From positions 13,022,001-13,086,000 of the forward strand of contig CM052832.1 of assembly GCA_028534125.1 (NCBI GenBank): DNA of 64,000 nucleotides, given 5' to 3'. Of this stretch, positions 35,501-47,500 are shown one piece after another; within the stretch, counting starts at the first letter, position 1, and every line of letters starts with the position of its first letter. The stretch comes from Lama glama (taxonomy: Eukaryota). Below the pieces are notes generated by a model. The model was given only the letters and a program-made list of their open reading frames with translations. It ran no database searches and was not told the origin of the DNA. The position numbers were made by a program, and so were the translations under genes.

Positions 35501-38500
35501 CCCGTGAGTTTAACAGATACCTTAATTATAACCAGCATCTGTACAGCAAGAATCATGATAGCCGTACAGAAATGAGGGGGTCATTCTGTCACAGGGATAT
35601 GGGATGATCAACAAGAGATCAAGTTGAGGAATTGTTTGAGGAGCAGCTGGGATTTGAGGTGACGGTTTGCCCTGTGTGGGAGTGAGCGGGACAGATTTGT
35701 CAGCATCTACAGTGGATGAAGTAAAAGGTTTGAGTGTAGGGTGAGTGAGCTGTCTGAAGTTTGGGGCTGAGATTTGGGTATAATGTGTTTTGGTGTTGCC
35801 ACATTTGGAATTGAGACTGGACTGAAGTTTTTAACCTGAAGATGAGAATTAACTGAGATTTTTTTTCTGCAATGAGCATGGGCTTTGAAGTACATAAACA
35901 TGGGGGTTCTCTGCACTGGAAATACCGAATTGGGAGGTAAGGGTGTTGGGGACTGGGTGACTTGGATTGTGGTAAAGGTGGTATCTGGGACTGGGCATTT
36001 CTGTGCATTGGGAGATTACACGATGCCGATGGTTATAGACACCAGTGAAATTCTGAGTATGTTTTGGTGGGGAAAACATCAACAGAAACAGCATTAGACT
36101 TTGGGAGAAGAGTTAGAGGCCTGGGAAAGATGAGAGGCAGTGAGACTGAATCAACAGTAGAATCTGACTTTCCCTTCGTATTTGTTGATTCTGAAGGTGG
36201 GTCATGAGCCGATGCCCCCCACCATTGGGACCAATGTGCTGGGGAGGAAGGTCCTCTACCTGCCGAGCTTCTTCACTTACGGTGAGTGTGCTTCCCAGGC
36301 AGGAAAGCCACTGAAAAGAAGCATCAGACAGGGAGCAGGCCTAGCTGGCCCTGGGGAACATGTCAGGCAGCTCAGGGCACCCAGAGTCAGAGCTGGGGTG
36401 GAGGACGGATTACAGGCAGTGGGATGTCGGTGTGGGAGCAGGTGACCAGTCCAGCTCCTCTGCCTAAGCTGCCAGCCGGCAGCCCAGGTGGCAGGAGAGG
36501 CAGACAGGTGCCTGAGAGAGGGCAGTCCAGGACAGTGGTTCCTGTCGTCCCTGCACCCCAAGCTATGCCTGGAAGCAGGGGTGGGAGTGGTTCTCCTTTT
36601 GCCTTTTGAGCAGTCCGGCCACCCTGTTAGCATTTCTTCTGCTTTCCTGCTACTCCAGCAGGAGCCTGTTGGGGCCTCCTGGATTCTTTTCCTTCGTCCT
36701 GTTCCCCTGCATTCCCCAGGCAGTGGTGCCTACCTGCTCTGGCATCTCCACCCCCTGGGTCTAGAATGGTGCACGGTGGGTCTCAGCTTCACTTCTGGTG
36801 TGCCCTGATCAGCTGCATAAGCTCAGGCAGGCTACTAACTGCTTTGGCCTCACGCTCATCAACTTCTTCATGTTCAGGCCCTTCATACAATCACCCCCTC
36901 TCTGCCCTCTGCAGCTCTGCCTGCCAGAGGTCTCTCCACCAAGAAGCCCGCCATGGTGGAGCTTGCCCTGTGCCAGTGAGGCCCACCTGGCTGCCTCTGC
37001 TCCTCACCCCCGGCCCCTAACTGGCCAAAGCCATTTCAGATCTGCCATCCCTGTCCCCCTCCCAGTCCTCACCTCCATGGGGCTTCTCTAAACGTACCCC
37101 CTGCTCTCTGTGTTCACGCCAGGTGACCCTCTCATGCTTCCTCCACCTCTTTTCTTAACTGTTCAGTTTAGAATGTTCTCTGAGAATCTTTCTGCCAAAT
37201 AACTTGGGGCCTTGACTCCTGTCACCTTTTTTTTTTTTCCCCACTTTACACACTGTTGGCAGAATCTGATGTCATGTTTCTCCACCAGTTTTGTCATTAT
37301 GGTGTTGAGTACAGCGTAGCGCCGGGCAGAAAATGTTTTGTTAGGAAATCTGTTTGTGTTTGTTTCATTGTAAAATTGTCAGTATTGAAACAAGATTACA
37401 CTGTATAGCACAGGGAAATATACACAAAATGTTATGATAGCTCACAGAGGAAAAAATGTGACGATGAGTGTGTATATGTCCATGAATGACTGAAAAATTG
37501 TGCTGAACACTGGAATTTGACACAACATTGTAAAATGATTATAAATCAATAAAAAATGTTAAAAAAAATTGTCAGTATTGAGGAGGAGGACATCACAGAG
37601 TCAGGAAGGCATCCCCACAGTAGGACAATGAAGCCACTATATAAAGTGAATACTGGATTTGTGTGAGGCCAGGGTGGCAGGCTGCCAGCCCCTCCATGTG
37701 GTTTCTCTGTACGTGGCTATTCTTCCTCTAGTCCAAGAGAGGTTGGAACCCAGACCATCTTTGTCCACGTCACATGGTCATTTCCGAAAAGACTCGGAGT
37801 AAAGGGGTCTTGACAATCACCTTATTGCCTCTTGCAAAAATGAGCAGAGTTCCAAGGTGACCCTCACCCTGATTAAATAAATGTTTCAGTCCAGATGCTT
37901 GATGCGCATTTCTAGACACAATTCCTACTCTTGAGTTGGGGAGGGGGTTCAGCTGTCTGACTGCTGAGAGACTGGACGAGATCTACTTCTCCCCATCACG
38001 GTGAAGAGCACCACAGCTGCTGTGACATTCTTCTGTGTTCTCCTCGGGGGACTTCATAGAGTTTTCTGGGGACTGCAGAAAAACATGATGGAGCCCTAGG
38101 CCAGCCAGGGGGCCCTTTGGGCATTTCTGCATACCTTTCTCTGCTCTCCCTTGTTCATAATTCTGGTCTGAGATGGAGAAATAGGGGTCCTTACTCCTTT
38201 TTTTTCTAGTAGGCAAATCGGATAGAAAGAGGTTAAGTTTCCTTCTGGAGCTCACACTCAAGCTTTTTCCTTTTGCTGACTGGAGCTCCCTTCCCCCAAA
38301 TAAACCTTCCTTCCTGTTCTCCCCGTGCAGCAGGCTATCACATCGCCCCAGCATCCTCTCCCTTCTTACCCCTGTGTCTCCAGCCCACACCCATCTCAGG
38401 AAGCCGAACATGCAGGTACCAGGTGCTCCGGCGCCCAGGGAAAGCCAGTGCTAGCTGCCACGTGGAATGGTGGGGTCGTGGACATGTTGCGGAGAGAAGG

Positions 38501-41500
38501 GCACGCTTGCTGGTTCCTGCCACTGTGCGGTGCTGGAGAGCTAAAGTCTGAGCGAGATCTGAGGGGAGCACATTGTCTGAGGGAATGTTCTGCTAGCTTC
38601 CAGGTATTCAGGTTTATAAAAATAGTCTCCATTTTGAACATCATTTAAAAGTTGTTATTGAATAAAACAGAAGTTTAAGAAAGGTATCCTTTTAGAGACC
38701 CTAACAAGAAAACACTGACTCACACTGGTAGGATCTAGCTTCTCTGACTGCCTAAGTTTTTTTATGTATGTTCATTGGTGCCTCTGTTTTAGTTACTTCT
38801 CCACTGGTTTTATAAATGCCAGTAGGAGCCAAGTGGGATCCTGGGTGCAGCACAGTGACAGAGTAGGACCGGCCCTCTCCGTGGCATGCTCCAGGGACAC
38901 TCTTGAGCTTTTTTCCTAGGAGCCCTTCCTTTTCCTTTTTCTTCCCTTAAGTTACAAACTTCAGTATTGTTGATGGGCACTTGTTTGCCTTTTTTTCTTT
39001 TCTTGGAGAGAAACATTTTTTATAAGCAACAGGATTGGTTTCTAGGTTGTGTCACTTAAGTTGCTGGGTTGAAAAACTGCAGCTAAGCTTGCCAAGTAGA
39101 TTTTTCAAAGCTACAAAAAGAAAATGTATCAACTTATTTGTCGAAAAATATGGTTTGAAGGTTTTACAAAAAGAAATGGGCTAAAGAAGACATTTGAGGG
39201 TGGTGCCTGATTGCTTCTGGGGTCCTGAATGATGCTCCCTTCCACAACTGAAGTCAGCATGTACCATGTACTGAGGGACAGGCTGCATCTGGTCTGGGTG
39301 TGAATATGGCGCAGGAATGGGTGCATCTGGGCTGGGTGTGACGCTGCCACCTCTGCTTTCTTGTAGCCAAGTACATTGTGCAAGTAGATGGGAAGATAGG
39401 GCTGTTCCGAGGCCTGAGCCCCCGACTGATGTCCAACGCCCTCTCTACCGTGACCCGGGGCAGCATGAAGAAGGTGAGCCCGGGGAGAAGCCAGGAATGG
39501 TTGCCTGAGATTTCCCTGAGGTCCCACTTCGCTTGGAGGCAGCTGTGTACACCAGTCCAGCTTCTCTGTTCCCAGACTGGTTCCCAGACTGGTTGGGCTC
39601 CACCCCAGCACTGTAGCCAGGCTCCAAACCCTGGTGGTCCAACACCAAGTCTCCTCAGTTGGGCAGGATCCTGCCCCACAGTCTGCCAGCTTGATTTCCC
39701 ACAACTGTGATGCCAGGCAGGGGCTTTTCTGGCCCCTAGCGCCAGCCCCAGGGTTACTCGAGGCTGGCCCAGCTAATAGACGCTGCCAAGAAAATAGTAG
39801 GAGCTGCTTCTTGCTGTCTCTGTCCTTTCAGAGTTATGTTTATGAGATGTGGCTATACTTTGCTTCTATTAATTTTGGAGGGGAAGGTAATTAGGTTTAT
39901 TCGTCTATTTATTTAATGGAGGTACTAGGGCATGAACCCAGGACCTCATGCATGCTAGGCATGCACTCTACCACTGAGCTGTACCCTCCCCCTGTACTTT
40001 GCGCTGATCTGCCTTTGTTCTTTACATCTCAGGTTTTCCCTCCAGATGAGATCGAGCAGGTTTCCAACAAGGATGACATGAAGACTTCTCTAAAGAAAGT
40101 GGTGAAGGAAGTGGGTATCTGGAATTTGAGAGGAGAGTCTGATTATTTCTCACTGCTAGGTTGGGCAGGTCATTGAGAAGTCACGAGTTGGGTCCTCCTG
40201 TGTGCACAGGAGTGTGGTGGGACTGCAGGGAATCCCAGAAAGCCTCTCAGCTGCCATGGGGCCTGGCCTGGGACCCGGCAGCACTCCTGCCTAAAGGGAA
40301 TTGTGTGTGAGTGACAGGTGGGGCCATCGGAGGTAGACTGGCTCCACGTGGGGGCTGCAGGATCCCAGTTTTGCCCCCATAAGTGCTTGTTGCTCCCTGT
40401 GAGTCCCAGTTCCAGAGACAGGCCAGACCAAGTCCCTGCCCTCTGCTCTCTTGCAGACTTCATACGAGATGATGATGCAGTGCGTGTCCCGCATGCTGGC
40501 CCACCCCCTGCATGGTGAGCCGGCCCACTGGAGACTGCATCTCAGCCGTGGGATGACCCCTCGTGGACTGTAGATGGGCAGCGGTAGAATTACTGGGAAG
40601 CGGTGTTACTGGGATTGGCCGGAAATCCTGTCCACAGGGAGCTGGGGCTCTTCCAGGCATAAGAAATGGGATGCTGTGGTCATGGGGCATGATGGGGATT
40701 CCCTCTGACACAGGCCATGTTGCACAGTGGCCTCTGTGCCAGGCACCCCACAGCTGGTTGGGGAGTCGTGAGCTTTGGCCACCATGTCACCTGGGTGTGT
40801 TTTCTTTTTCCTCAGTCATCTCAATGCGCTGCATGGTCCAGTTTGTGGGACGGGAGGCCAAGTACAGGTGGGTGATTCTTCTCAGGATTGGCAGGAGTGG
40901 CCCTGTCAGCATTTAGAATCTGCCGGGACAGGCCGTGCTGGGGTCAGCCGCTGGCCCTTTTCTGCCCTAGCTCTGACATGCTAGCTTCAGAGCAGGGGTG
41001 TAGTGGCTTCCATAGTCTGTGTGCAGAGGCATTTTCTCCCTCTTGCCCAGAGCTAACCTGGATAAGCCTAGATGGCCCACACAGGGTGAGTGGGGTTGGA
41101 GTCAGCTTGGATTAGGAGTTCTGGCAGGGTTTCCTCCTAGACTCTCTAGGCTACGCCCTAACCATTTCTCTAGCTCTCATAGAAGCCACTTAATAGTTAT
41201 ATCCTCTGCTGAGCAGCCGTCCACACCATGGCCTTGGGGCTCATCCCTTCCATTGGTTACCACATATGTACCCAGCACCTGCTGTGCCTAGCACTGAGCT
41301 GGGTGCTGTGGGAGCCTAGGTGTGTTGACACAGCCCTTTCCTGTGGCACTTGTGCCCTCCCTGCTCCTTTGAGGCTCAGTGCAGAACAGGAGGGAGATCC
41401 CAGAGGTATATGGTGGGAATACAGATTCTCAGATGCTCATTTTCTGGGATTAGTTGTTTTATGCAGCTGTCCTTGGGGCCACTGTCCCAGGAAGTTTGGC

Positions 41501-44500
41501 TGCCCTGGTACCTTATTTTGGGTTCACTAATAGCACTAATGGGAAATTGGCCCACTCCCCCAGAGTGAAACTCGAGGTTAGTAGATGGGACCGGAAGGGG
41601 ATGATCTGGCTCAGAACCACTGTCCTGAGAAGAAAGGGTATTGGGCCCTGGGTGAGCTCTGGCTCCCACTGTCTTTCTCCTAGGCCACCCCAGTCCCCTT
41701 GGCTTTGCAGAGCCTCCATGCAGGACTGGCCACTTGGCACTGCTAGCCACGGGTCACAGAGCTTGCTCTTGAGCCTCCTTTGCATTTTATGCCGAAGACA
41801 CCGCAGCTTGTCTTCTGATCTCTAACAGGCTGCAGCGGCCTGGGCGCTCATGCCTAGCTCCTTGCTGGGGAGGACCAGATGCCTTTTCCCAGGCTGCATC
41901 TTCTGCTGCAGGGTCCTGTGTTCCTTTTATGCCCTCTGGGAGGGTGCTTCTCTTCACGCATCACCCCTCCTCCTCTCTCTCTATCCGGCATGCAGGCTTC
42001 TCTGCCAGAAGGTTGTTTAGTCAGAGATAAGCAGTAGGGCTGGGCAGGAGAAGGGCCCATCCCCTCTGCAGCAGCCCAGGCTGGAGGGTTCATTCCTGTG
42101 TTCCAGACCCACAGAAAACAGCAGTAGAGAACTGGGGGTCTGCCCTTGGGTGGTTGGGTTTCTTCAGTCTCCATGAACTGTGTAGAACCCCCTCACCTCT
42201 AAACAAGAGTTCTGATCGTCTCGACTTGGGTTCTGCCTGGCAACAGAATTTCCCCGTCCCAGCCAGGACTGAATGGCTCGGAGCAGGGGTGGTGGGCTCT
42301 GCTCCACACCAGGGCATGGGCTTCTCTAAGGTGACCGGGTGACCTCATATCCCTGTGTTCTTCACAGTGGCGTCTTGAGCTCCATTGGGAAGATTTTCAA
42401 AGAAGAGGGGCTGCTGGGATTCTTTGTGTACGTGAGTTTATACACCCCATAACTGGCCACGGGCATGGCTCTACTAACAGGCATTCTCAGCCTCAAAGGC
42501 TGCAGGTGCCGGCCTCACACTAACCACAGGGCTCTGTCCCCGCTACTCCCCCGCCTGAGCAGCTGTACCTCAGCCCATAGGGCTCCATAGTACTGCGAGC
42601 TGTGGACCGTCTGGACCAAAGCTGCCCAGCCCTTTCCAGGTCATGGCTCACACGGAAATGGTACTGTTTGTCCAGCACACTGGGGGCATGGACTGACCTC
42701 CCCCTCAACCCCAGTGCCCCCATCCATTTACGCCAGGGCTGGGGGTGGGCACGGGGCTAGTCTTAAGGATGTCTCCAGGTCTTCCATCATCCTTGGTTTC
42801 ACTGCTGAAAAATAACTGAATATCTGTAAATTGGGCTGAGGGTCAAGCTCTGGCAGGTCACAAGCTGACTAGCTATTGGATCCTGTTTGACATAGCATTT
42901 CTGACAAATTAGTTTTTTGTATTCAACATTTAGGATATTTCATATAACAATTCATACTTCTGGCTTCTCTTGAAAAGTCAGGACCTGACCGTGCTGTGCC
43001 TGTGTTTCTGTAGAGCAGCTGTTGGCAGGGCACACAGTCTCCTGAGCGCCCCGGACCCCCTGCCTTCCTTGGTCTCACACCCACCTTACTTCACCTGTAA
43101 AGAAAGCTCATACTGAAAAGACTGTGTCCAGACAGAATAAACCACAAACAGAACCCGAAAGCCAGGCCTGACAAACAGCATTTGTTCTGCTTTTTGAGGT
43201 CTAGGCAGTGACATATGTCTATTGTGTACCCAGTACACTAGACACGGGGCTCTCTGTCAACTCATACTGTGGATTCATCATTGGCCAGGTGTTCTACGTG
43301 GAGGCATGTGTATATGTATATGTATACAGTTCTCACGAAGAGGTGATTTTGCCCTACGGGACAATGGTAATGTCTGGAGACGTCTTACGATTGTCAGAGC
43401 TGGGATCTAGTGGGTAGAGGCCGGGGATGCTGTGAAACATCCTGCAATGCAGATGTCAGCCCTGCAACGAAGAATCATTCAGCCCTAAATGTTGATGAAC
43501 CTTGATATATATACACACATGTATTCATATATATATATTCATATATATGTATATCTATATGCGTGTATATGTAAATATATGTGTGTATATACACGTGTGT
43601 GAATAAATGTTTGCCTGTGTGACTGATACTTCAGACCCTAAAACACTGCACATCACCATTGTACCATTTTCACACTCATTGTACATTTTCTATTCTGGCA
43701 TGTGTGCCTAGGATTCCCACACAGCAGATGCTTACTTGTTGGGTTCTTTTTTTCTTCACATTTTTGTAGAATGGGTGATTCCCACACTCAGAAAGCACCA
43801 AATGTAAGTGTGTAAAGTCAGTCTGAGCACAGGTGGAAGCAACAGGATTGGAAATTGCATTCATAAAGGTTCATCTTGTTAATGTCCCTCATATCATAGG
43901 TGTGTTACATATATTTTGAACTTTTTAAATATTTCAAAATAAGATTTTTAAAAACTCAAAAATCATAATTCTGTATCTCCTATATCTAAACAAACAAACA
44001 CATTTAAAAAAAACACAAGTAGCACACAAGACTCGCTGATCTCAGTCTGGCTTTTTGCCCTCAGCTCTGTATCTTAGAGAACCTTCCATATCAGTGTATA
44101 GAGTTGCTTATTCTAAAGGCCATCACAGTAGAAGTCAGCCCTCCTTGCAAAAGCTTGTATGGAATGTCTTCACTGGAACATTCCAGGACTGAAGACACAG
44201 ATGCACTGAGCAGAGTATTTTGTGAGAGCTGATTAGGTAGAGGCCAGGAGAAAAGATCTTAATGTGTAAGTATTCTTTCATAATCTGCTTTTGAAAATGC
44301 CAGATTTCACAACATTCACATCTTAGGGCCAGCTTCTGTGGTTTGAAAACTGCTTGTGAGACCATCACCTTAACTTGTGGAGTCAGATGTGGCATGTAAC
44401 ATACACACACACACCCCCCATGCAGAAAGGACCACTGCTTTCCTGGTGTGGATAGCCGCTGGCCCACATGGCCCCTGCAGGCCTCCTTCCTGAGGTGGTG

Positions 44501-47500
44501 CCAGTGGATATGCTGAAGTTTTGAGCTTGGAGCATCCTCGCCTGTTTCCTGAGTGTGGAGTCCCCAGGAAATGTTCCCCTCCCTCCTCTGCTCATCTTTG
44601 CTCACCTTGTTTTTTAGCGGCTTAATCCCTCACCTCCTGGGAGATGTGGTTTTCTTGTGGGGCTGTAACCTGCTGGCCCACTTCATCAATGCCTACCTGG
44701 TGGATGACAGCGTGAGTGACACCCCAGGGGGGCTGGGGAACGACCAGAATCCAGGTTCCCAGGTTGGTTGGAACAAGGACTTGTCCATCTTTCCATGTAC
44801 TGCTGATGCCCAGGGTCTGGGGCAGACTTGAGGACTCTGGGATCTAAGCATCAGGCCCTGAGGGCTAGAGAGTGCCCCTGAGGAGAGGTCTGAGAGGACC
44901 TCCTGTTGTCCCAGGTCACTTTTGCCTCCGAGGAGAATGGCCTTGAGAGATAAGATCTATAACTAGACCTAGAGGGGTTTATGGAATGCCCATCCCTAGG
45001 CAGCTTTATAGGTAAGATAGACCCCAGCTTATCCAAAGCAGGTTTGAGGCAGTGACCCAACCAGGGATCCCTAGAAAATCAGGAGATAGACCAACTAATA
45101 ATAACCCTTTAGCTTTTGCTCAGCGTTTTATGCTTTTTAAAGCCTTTCTGTGAACATTATGATGTTTGATCCTGACATCACGCCAGTTGTGAAGGGAACA
45201 GAGGGTATAACATCCTGTCTTACAGGTAGATTGAGACCCAGAGATTGACAGGCTCTCCCGAGGCACACGGCTGGCAATCAACAGGGCTAGGACTAGATCC
45301 TTCCCTGTGCCAGGCTGTGGGTGCTTCCCCCTTGAGGTTTTTCAGTCAGCTAAGAAGGGTACCATGAAGGTGCACCCCAGTGTGAGCTTAGAGTGGCCTA
45401 CACAACCTGGTATGCACGGATCTCTGAGCAGATTGGGTCAGGCATGGGGAGGCCTTGGTCCTTCTAAAAGGCACTTAGTGAGGAAGGGTTTCTGGGGACT
45501 TGATAGGTTGACTGGTTCTGCATGAACCAAAATAAGAGTTGGGGAGTGGTGATGGGCGAGGGTTCCTGGTTGCCAGACATTCCAGCAGCAGGGATTGCCT
45601 ACCACAGGAGGATAGATGAGAGGCTGGGGACCTGTCTGCCTGAATCACCTTTTCAGGGGTGGGGGGTTCATAGTCTCCATGTGTCTGTGTCTGGGCCTCA
45701 GAACAGTGGTTTGGGGTGGGGGTGGTCTGGGAAAGTGTGTGGCAAGGAGTGCCTGCCCCAGCTGAGAGCTCTGCTTAGAGGAAAACTGGCTATTTGATGT
45801 GGGTCAGTGAGTCTTACTGGCCTTTTAATGTAAGTAAATTAAATGACTCCATAGAGACCAGCTCCTATCTGCAACTACAGTGGCACAACCATGGCCCTGC
45901 CCTTTCTCGGGGCATTATGGGTGGGTGAGCTGCTGCCGTCACATACAAAGCAAGGCTGGGACAGCTTGGGGAGGGTTGGTGTCCCACGGTTGGTTTCCTC
46001 CAGTCCAGGTGGGCAGGTGTTTTACCAGGGGCTGCTGCACCTACCTCGCTGAGAGCAGCAGTCAACTCTTCATTGACAGTATTTTTCAAGTGCTTTTCTG
46101 TGTGTGGCTTAAAGGCTAGGGCAAGGCTGCCATTCAGGCAGAGGGCCGAGCAGACCTCTGCCCAGGGTTGCAGAGCATCCATCTTGTGGGATGGCCATGT
46201 CACAGGAAGCTGAGGGGTATGTAGTTACCCTTCTCAGCTGGGGGCTGTTTCATGGACAAAGTCGAATTCAGGAGTTGAGGCCTGAAGCGAATGAAAGCTT
46301 GGTGAGGTGGGGTGGCAGTAAGCCCATAGTTTCTCCTTGCCTCCTGCTATAGGACCAAGATTCTGTGTCTTGGTAGTTCTGGTGGGTGTCTGTCTTTTCA
46401 TTCAGTAAGCACTTACTGAGCACCGACTGTGTGCCCAGCCCTGGACATTGATGAAGGCAGTCAAAGGCCAAGCCCTCAGAGCTCATGGCTCTGGGGGTTA
46501 TGCAGGCCACAGTCTGAGTTTCTGACCAGCTGGTCACCATCCCCGTCGGAGTCGCAGAAGTCCCATCAGTCCGATTATCCCACTTCTGCCTCCCAGATCT
46601 CTTCTCAGCTCTGACTGTAAGGCTGTGAAAGCCGCTGGCAGACCCTGAAAGGGAACGCAGTGTGTACAGCGGGCGTGTGAAGAGCAGAGTACCGAGAGGG
46701 TGTGAGGCCAGTGTGGAGGGGGAGGTGAAGGGGGCCACAGACCAGGCAGCACAGATGGGGCAGGAGACTGCGTATCTGAAGTCCACATCCACGGCACCTG
46801 TGGCAAATCAGTCTTCCTTTATGTCTCTTCAGTTCAGCCAGGCCCTGGCCATCCGGAGCTACACCAAATTTGTGATGGGGGTAAGTCAAGCCAGTTGCCC
46901 TTCACAGTCCTGGGGCCTGGGCGGGGCTTAGGAGGCCAGCTCTGGTGGTGGTTGGAGGCAGGCCTCAGTATGGGGTGTTGGCTTAGTGCGTCCCTGCTCC
47001 CTGAGCCCAGGTCCAGGGCTGGTGGTGGGTGGAGTCACTGACACTCCGGTCTCCCGGCAGATTGCAGTGAGCATGCTGACCTACCCCTTCCTGCTGGTCG
47101 GTGATCTCATGGCTGTGAACAACTGTGGGTAAGTGAGCCCCTCTACCAGGTGCCCTGCCAAGGCTGCTGGGGGAACCCAGCTGAGCCCGTCCAGTGCTCT
47201 GCCCCTCCCGCTTGGTCTGTGTGTGGGCTCAGCCAACTAGGCACCCTGGCTTCCTCTGGGATTCACACCATTTGGGATGAATCTGTGGTTTGGTATGTGG
47301 GTCGTGGCAGCTCCAAGCCATTCCATCTCAAGGGCTTCTTTTCCTTGGTTGATCTGTCTCCCAGTGTTCTGTGGGTCTAATATGGCTTTCCTTCCCTGGG
47401 CAGGCTGCAGGCCGGGCTCCCCCCTTACTCCCCAGTGTTCAAATCCTGGATCCACTGCTGGAAGTACCTGAGTGTGCAGGTAAGCATGCTCCCCAGGGAG

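Noticed and set aside
39917..39992. Possible tRNA-Ala gene on the minus strand
   Set aside because: B-box/T-loop is mutated (GGTTCATGCCC) and the element has an A-rich tail and a TSD, so it is a SINE.
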